Part shown: positions 58,697 to 64,000 of the stretch, one piece after another
Numbering within the stretch: the first letter of the stretch is position 1
How the letters are laid out: each line of letters begins with the position of its first letter
Assembly (NCBI GenBank): GCA_963716255.1
Contig: OY970303.1
Coordinates: 4,800,001-4,864,000 of the forward strand
Direction of reading: 5' to 3'
Length of the DNA: 64,000 bases
Source: an uncultured Gemmatimonadales bacterium
GTDB lineage: Bacteria > Gemmatimonadota > Gemmatimonadetes > Longimicrobiales > Longimicrobiaceae
Translations under genes and position numbers: made by a program
Notes under the pieces: generated by a model
Told to the model about the DNA's origin: nothing
The model's input: the letters and a program-made list of their open reading frames with translations, nothing else
Database searches by the model: none

Positions 58697-59092
58697 ATGG
58701 CAAAGCCCGCCGCGAAGCAGGGCGACCGGGTGGTCGCGGTCGACACGCACATCGTCATGGTGCCCACGCCGGCGCTGGTGCCCACGCCGCTCCCGCACCC
58801 CTTTTCCGGGGTGCTGAACGGCGGGCTCAGCGGCGACGTGAAGATCATGGGAAGGCCGGCGGCCACGGTGGACAGCACGGCGGACAACACGCCGAAGCAC
58901 GTCCCCACGCCGCCGGGAATCGCCTTCCAGTCGCCGCCCTCCAACCGGGGGACGGTGAAGACGGGGAGCGCCACGGTGTTCATCAACGGAAAGGCGGCGG
59001 CGCGCGCGGGCGACACCGCGGCCACCTGCAACGACCCGGCGGAGCTCCCCGTGGGGACGGTGGTGGCCGCGGGGACCGTGCTGATCGGGTGA
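58697..59092 (+). CDS. PAAR spike-tip protein
   Basis: KPAAKQGD, GRPAATV, GSATVFINGKAAARAGD, TVLIG. Confidence 0.92.
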   Translation: MAKPAAKQGDRVVAVDTHIVMVPTPALVPTPLPHPFSGVLNGGLSGDVKIMGRPAATVDSTADNTPKHVPTPPGIAFQSPPSNRGTVKTGSATVFINGKAAARAGDTAATCNDPAELPVGTVVAAGTVLIG

Positions 59093-59099
59093 GACAGGG

Positions 59100-59504
59100 A
59101 TGAGCAGCGACTTCCAGGGAATGGGGTGGAGCTTCCGGGAGCTGGTGGCCCCGGCGGCCGCGGGGGGCGTGGTCCCCTCGCTCTTCGAGGACGCGGTCCG
59201 CCAGTCGGTGTGGCTGATCCTGGCGACGGCGCCGGGCGAGCGCGTCATGCGCCCCGACTTCGGGTGCCGCATCCACGAGCTGCTCTTCGCCACGGCGAGC
59301 GCGGCCACCCTCGGGCGGGCGGCGCAGGCGGTCCGCGAGGCGCTGACTCGCTGGGAGCCGCGCATCGAGCTGATCGGCGTGGACGTCGCCCCGGACCGCG
59401 CCGAGCCGGCGCTGCTGCGGGTGCGCGTGGACTACCGGGTGCGGACCACCGACAACCGCTTCAACCTGGTCTATCCCTTCTACCTGGAAAGGAGCGCGGG
59501 GTGA
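59100..59504 (+). CDS. gp25/GPW baseplate protein (Afp9-like)
   Basis: IL.T.PGERVMRPDFGC, WEPRI, NLVYPFYL. Confidence 0.92.
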   Translation: MSSDFQGMGWSFRELVAPAAAGGVVPSLFEDAVRQSVWLILATAPGERVMRPDFGCRIHELLFATASAATLGRAAQAVREALTRWEPRIELIGVDVAPDRAEPALLRVRVDYRVRTTDNRFNLVYPFYLERSAG

Positions 59505-62500
59505 GCGCGACGCGTCCGCGGGTGGAGACCCGCACGGCCCTCGACTTCGTCCGGGAAACGGAGGAGCACCTGCGGGAGCGGGTGGGGTGGGCCCCGCCGC
59601 CGGAGGGCGGCGACCGGGGAACCGCGCTGGTGCACGTGTTCGCGCGCATGGCGGAGACCGTGGCGGACCGGCTGAACCAGGTCCCCGAGCGCAACCTCCT
59701 GGCCTTCCTCAACCTGCTGGGGGTGGACCTGCTCCCCCCGCACGCGGCGCGCGTCCCGCTGACATTCGCGCTGGCGGAGGGCGCGGCCGAGGACGCGCTG
59801 GTCCCCGCGCGCACCCCGGTGGCCGCCGTGCCGCGCGAGGGCGAGGCGGAGCCGCCCGTCTTCGAGACGGAGCGCGAGCTGGTGGTGACGCGCTCGCGGC
59901 TGGTGGCGGCGCTGGTGCGCGACCCGCTGCGCGACCGCGGCACCGACGCCTCGGCGCGCGCCGCGGGCGGCGCCCCCTTCGCGGTGTTCCGCGGGGAGGC
60001 GCCGCTGGAGCACCGCCTGTACCTGGGCGACCCGCGCTTCGCCACGGAGGGCGCCAAGTCGGTGGCGCTGCGCTTCTCGCCCGCGGACGCGGGCGTCCCC
60101 TGGCCGGGGTGGATCCGCTGGTCGTACCGCGCGGAGGAGGGGTGGCTCCCGCTGGCGGCGGCCGCGGTGGCGCGGGACGGGAGCGGCTGGCGGGTGACGC
60201 TCGCCGGGCTCCCCACCGTGCCGGAGACGGAGGTGCTGGGGCGGCGCGACGCCTGGATCTCGGGCGTGCTCACGGTGCCGCTGCGCGAGCGCGGCGTGGC
60301 GCCGGAGACGGGGTGGGCGGCGCCGCCGGCCGGGCTGCGCGCCGGGGAGCGGGACGACCGGGTGTACCCCTTCGGCTGGGGGGAGCCGCGCGATGCCTGG
60401 TACCTGGCGGCGCCCGCGGTGTTCGCGCTGGCGGGGGCGTGGGCCACGCTGCGGGTGGACGCGGACCCCGCCGCGCGCGTGGTCCCCTCCGCCGACCTGG
60501 AGCTGGCCTGGGAGTGTGGCGCGCCGGGCGGTGCCTGGCGCGAGCTGGGCCGCTCCTCCCCCCGCGAGGAGTCCGTGGGCGGCGACACCACGCGCATGCG
60601 CGACGGCACCCGCGCCCTCACCCAGGCGGGCGACGTGGAATTCCGCGTCCCCGCGGAGTGGGCCGCGGGCGTGGTGGGCGGCGTGGAGCGCCTGTGGCTG
60701 CGCGCCCGCGTGGCGCGGGGCGGCTACGGCACCGACGACGCGCACTACCCGCCGGTGCTGCTGCGCGCCCTGCTGGACGCCGAGCTGTCGCTGCCGCCGG
60801 TCGCCGCGGTGGAGTCGCGGGTGGAGATGCGCGCCTCCGGGCTGGTCCCCGACGCGGTGCTCGCCTCCGGCGCGGCGGTGGAGCCGCACCGCGACTTCCG
60901 TCCCTTCGGCGAGCTGCCGCGCATCGGCGACGCGGTGTACCTGTCGTGCCGCGCCCTGGCCGACAAGCCGGGCGCCCGCGTCACCCTGTCCGTGGTCCTC
61001 ACCAACCCCTCCGACGCCGCCGGCACGCCGCGCCCGGCCGCGGCGAGCGGGGTGGTGCTGAGCTGGGAGTACTGGAGCGCCGCCGCGGGGCGCTGGGAGC
61101 TGCTGGGCACCTCCCGCTCGGACGGCGCCGCCGGCACCACCGGCTTCGAGCTGGCGGACGGGACCCGAGCCTTCACCGCGGGCTCCGCCGAGTCGCCCGC
61201 GCAGGTGACTTTCGTCCGTCCGCCGGCCATGGGCGCGGTGGAGGTGGACGGGCGCGGCGAGCCCTGGATCCGCGCCCGCCTTTCCGCCGGCCACTACGGC
61301 CGCGAGGCCGCGTACGAGCAGGCGAAGGACGCCGCGGGGAAGCCGGTGGTCTACCCCGGCACCAGCATCCCCGTCTACCAGCTCACCCCGGGCGACGTGC
61401 GCCCGCCCTCCATCCGCTCGGTGGAGGTGGGGTACGCGTACGACGCGCCCTGGGGGCCGGTGCCGCGGGTCGCCACCGAGAACGATGCGGAGGTGGCGCG
61501 CCCCGCGGACGGCGCCGGGCCCGCGGGGGAGTTCGTCCCCTTCGTCCCCCCCGCCGAGACGGAGCCGGCGCTGTACCTGGGGTGGGAGCGGCCGGGGGAC
61601 GCGCGCGGCTTCGACAACCGGCTGAACACGCTGTACCTGGGGGCCGCCGCGGCCACCTACGACGAGCTGGCGCCGGACGCGGCGCCCGGGGAGCCGGCCA
61701 GCGTGGTGTGGGAGCACTGGGACGGCTTCCGCTGGGCGCACCTGGGCGCGCGCGACGAGACGGCCGGCCTCACCCGGCGCGGGCTGCTGGCCTTCGTGGG
61801 GCCGCCGTCGTTCCCCCTCTCCACGCGCTTCGGCCGCACCGCCTTCTGGATGCGGGCGCGCCTGGAGCGCGGCGGCTACCCCGTCCCCCCGGTGCTGGAG
61901 CGGGTCCTCCCCAACACCACCTGGGCCAGCCACACCGTACGGACGCTGGACGAGACGCTGGGCTCCGGCAATGGCGAGCCGGGGCAGGCGTTCCGCGCCG
62001 CCCGCGCGCCGGTGCTCCCGGGCGAGACGCTGGAGGTGCGCGAGCCGGAGCTTCCCCCTGCCGGCGAGCGGGACCGCATCCTGGCCGAGGCCGGGCCGGA
62101 CGCCATCCGCGTGGTGGAGGACGAGGCCGGGCGCCCGGCCGAGGTGTGGGTGCGCTGGACGCGCGTCCCCGACTTCTTCGGCTCCGGGCCGCGCAGCCGC
62201 CACTACACGCTGGAGCGCTGGAGCGGCGCCGTGCGCTTCGGCGACGGGCGGCGGGGGATGATCCCGCCGCGCGGCCGGGGTAACGTGCGCCTGGCGGCGT
62301 ACCTGTCCGGCGGCGGCCCCGAGGGGAACCGCCCGGCCGGGAGCGTGTCCCGGCTGCGCACCACCGTCCCCTACGTCACCGCCGCCGCCAACCCGGAGCC
62401 CGCCGCGGGCGGCGCCGCCGGGGAGAGCGTGGCGCAGGCGCGCGTGCGCGGCCCGCGCACCCTGCGCCACCGCGACCGCGCCGTCGCCCTGGTCGACTAC

Positions 62501-63019
62501 GAGGACCTGGCCTTCGAGGCCTCGCCCGAGCTGGCGGTGGCGCACGCCGTCCCCCCGGCGGTGGAGTCCGCGGGGACGGTGGCGCTGGTGGTGGTCCCGC
62601 GCGGCGCCGAGGCCCGCCCGGCGCCCAGCCTGGAGCTGCTGGCGCGGGTGCGGGAGCACGTGGGGGCGCGCGTCTCCCCCACGGTGGAGCTGGTGGTGCA
62701 GGGGCCGGAGTGGGTGCGCGTGACCGTCGCCGCGGAGGTGGTCCCCGCGCGGCTGGAGGCCGCCAGCGACGTGCACGCCGCCGTACTGGCGCGCGTGGCC
62801 GCCTTCCTCCACCCGCTCACCGGCGGGAGCGGCGGCGAGGGGTGGCCCTTCGGGCGGCGCCCGCACCGCTCCGACCTGTACGCCGTCGCGGAAACCACGC
62901 CGGGCGTGGACCACGTCCGCGCTCTGGAGGTGGAGTGGGACGACATGCCGCACCCGGAGCGCTCGCTGGTCTACGGCGGCGAGCACCGGATCACCGTCGT
63001 CGGCCTGGCCGACGCCTGA
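59501..63019 (+). CDS. Baseplate wedge (J-like; Afp11/12-type) protein
   Basis: DRLNQVPERNLLAFLNLLG, LGSGNGEPGQ.F, VRFGDG.RG.IPP, NP..A.GG, RAV...DYE.LA, FLHPLTGG..G.GWPFGR. Confidence 0.9.
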   Translation: MSATRPRVETRTALDFVRETEEHLRERVGWAPPPEGGDRGTALVHVFARMAETVADRLNQVPERNLLAFLNLLGVDLLPPHAARVPLTFALAEGAAEDALVPARTPVAAVPREGEAEPPVFETERELVVTRSRLVAALVRDPLRDRGTDASARAAGGAPFAVFRGEAPLEHRLYLGDPRFATEGAKSVALRFSPADAGVPWPGWIRWSYRAEEGWLPLAAAAVARDGSGWRVTLAGLPTVPETEVLGRRDAWISGVLTVPLRERGVAPETGWAAPPAGLRAGERDDRVYPFGWGEPRDAWYLAAPAVFALAGAWATLRVDADPAARVVPSADLELAWECGAPGGAWRELGRSSPREESVGGDTTRMRDGTRALTQAGDVEFRVPAEWAAGVVGGVERLWLRARVARGGYGTDDAHYPPVLLRALLDAELSLPPVAAVESRVEMRASGLVPDAVLASGAAVEPHRDFRPFGELPRIGDAVYLSCRALADKPGARVTLSVVLTNPSDAAGTPRPAAASGVVLSWEYWSAAAGRWELLGTSRSDGAAGTTGFELADGTRAFTAGSAESPAQVTFVRPPAMGAVEVDGRGEPWIRARLSAGHYGREAAYEQAKDAAGKPVVYPGTSIPVYQLTPGDVRPPSIRSVEVGYAYDAPWGPVPRVATENDAEVARPADGAGPAGEFVPFVPPAETEPALYLGWERPGDARGFDNRLNTLYLGAAAATYDELAPDAAPGEPASVVWEHWDGFRWAHLGARDETAGLTRRGLLAFVGPPSFPLSTRFGRTAFWMRARLERGGYPVPPVLERVLPNTTWASHTVRTLDETLGSGNGEPGQAFRAARAPVLPGETLEVREPELPPAGERDRILAEAGPDAIRVVEDEAGRPAEVWVRWTRVPDFFGSGPRSRHYTLERWSGAVRFGDGRRGMIPPRGRGNVRLAAYLSGGGPEGNRPAGSVSRLRTTVPYVTAAANPEPAAGGAAGESVAQARVRGPRTLRHRDRAVALVDYEDLAFEASPELAVAHAVPPAVESAGTVALVVVPRGAEARPAPSLELLARVREHVGARVSPTVELVVQGPEWVRVTVAAEVVPARLEAASDVHAAVLARVAAFLHPLTGGSGGEGWPFGRRPHRSDLYAVAETTPGVDHVRALEVEWDDMPHPERSLVYGGEHRITVVGLADA

Positions 63020-63033
63020 CCCGGGAGCCCCGC

Positions 63034-64000
63034 GTGCCCATCCCGCTTCCCAACCTGGATGACCGCACCTTCGCCGACCTCGTGGAGGAGGCGCGGACGA
63101 CGATCCCGGGGCTGGCCCCCGGCTGGACGGACCACAACCCGTCCGACCCGGGGATCACCCTGGTGGAGCTCTTCGCCCACCTGGCGGAGATGATGATCTA
63201 CCGCACCGACCAGGTGCCGGACGCCAACCTGCGCGTCTTCCTCAAGCTGCTGGACGGCGGCGCCGGCGATGCCGCGGGCGCCGTGGAGCCCGGCGGCGCC
63301 GCGCTGGACGAGTCGCTGCGCCGCGGCGTGCTGCGCCTGCGCGAGCGGGAGCGCGCCGTCACCCGCGAGGACTACGAGCTGCTGGCGCTGCAGGCCTTCA
63401 ACGCCTGGCTGGCCGGAATGCGCGAGGCCGAGGCCGCCGCCACCCCCGACGACTGGTTCGCCTGGCTGTCGCGGACCCGCCCGGACGAGGTCGCCGGGCT
63501 CACCGTAGCCGCGGCGTGGGCCGGGCGCGAAGCGTGGTGGGCGCGCGAGTGGTGGGGCCCCGCGGGGCTCCGGCGCGGCGCGGACCCGCTTCCCTCCGGG
63601 GTGCGCCCGGTGGAGCGCGCTTTCTGCGTGCCGCGCCGCGACCTCGCCGCCGGCACCGAGGCCGAGCGCACGGCGCCCGCGCCCGGCCACCTCAGCCTGG
63701 TCGTCCTCCCGGGGCCGGCGGACCCCGGCGCCGCCTCGCACGCCGGCCTCGCCCCCGACTGGGGGCTGCGCCGCGCGCTGTGGAGCTGGCTGGACCCGCG
63801 GCGGATGCTCACCACCCGCCACCACGTGGTGGGGCCCACCTACGTCCCGGTGCGGGTGCGCGTGCGGGTGATGAGCCGCCCCGACGTCCCCGAGACGCAG
63901 CTGGGCGCGGTGGCCGACGAGCTGCGCCACTTCTTCGACCCGCTCCGCGGCGGGCCGGAGGGCGAGGGGCGCGCCTTCGGGCGCGACGTGTACGCCTCCG
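63034..64000 (+). CDS. Second baseplate J-like protein, 3' partial
   Basis: PIPLPNLDDRTFADLVEEAR..WTDHNPSDPGITLVELFA; frame open to the window end. Confidence 0.88.
   Translation, partial: MPIPLPNLDDRTFADLVEEARTTIPGLAPGWTDHNPSDPGITLVELFAHLAEMMIYRTDQVPDANLRVFLKLLDGGAGDAAGAVEPGGAALDESLRRGVLRLRERERAVTREDYELLALQAFNAWLAGMREAEAAATPDDWFAWLSRTRPDEVAGLTVAAAWAGREAWWAREWWGPAGLRRGADPLPSGVRPVERAFCVPRRDLAAGTEAERTAPAPGHLSLVVLPGPADPGAASHAGLAPDWGLRRALWSWLDPRRMLTTRHHVVGPTYVPVRVRVRVMSRPDVPETQLGAVADELRHFFDPLRGGPEGEGRAFGRDVYAS

Noticed and set aside
59480..62986. Long antisense ORFs (also 39795-42656, 45513-48530, 29252-30652, 30432-32348)
   Set aside because: Shadow frames of well-supported genes, expected at very high GC; no motifs.
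40032..64000. Prophage or type VI secretion system
   Set aside because: No head, terminase or integrase and no TssJLM/ClpV; DUF4157, DUF4255 and the Afp15-like ATPase indicate an eCIS.

Overview
High-GC bacterial chromosome window. The gene content and intergenic repeats resemble Gemmatimonadota (Longimicrobium-like); this assignment is an inference. Four zones. (1) 1-27.87 kb is a defence-rich island. Its right boundary looks like a Tn7/Mu-type transposon end (terminal TGT/ACA plus three 17-bp repeats) lying 5 bp past the pilC stop codon. The island carries a DUF4011-type SF1 helicase/nuclease missing its second RecA domain, an IS630 inserted into an HTH gene, and a three-gene transposition operon: intact DDE TnsB-like, TnsC/TniB-like with degenerate Walker motifs, and a 927-aa tandem winged-helix-like protein in the TniQ/TnsD position. 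It also carries a PD-(D/E)XK protein, a YjzC / membrane hydrolase / sigma-like / HTH / IrrE-peptidase-UvrD-helicase module, and a complete type II CBASS (nuclease-SAVED, CD-NTase, Cap2, Cap3). (2) 27.9-36.6 kb holds core genes pilC-pilT-pilB, comEA, an M28 lipoprotein peptidase and lptFG. (3) 36.9-39.7 kb holds ABM, DinB and AzlCD genes divergent from a CGNR/ABATE regulator. (4) 40-64 kb is an extracellular contractile injection system (Afp/PVC-like) with two multi-domain effector candidates, running off the right edge. Six copies of a ~135-bp repeat with strong base-pair covariation sit in intergenic spaces. No rRNA, tRNA or CRISPR array was recognised.
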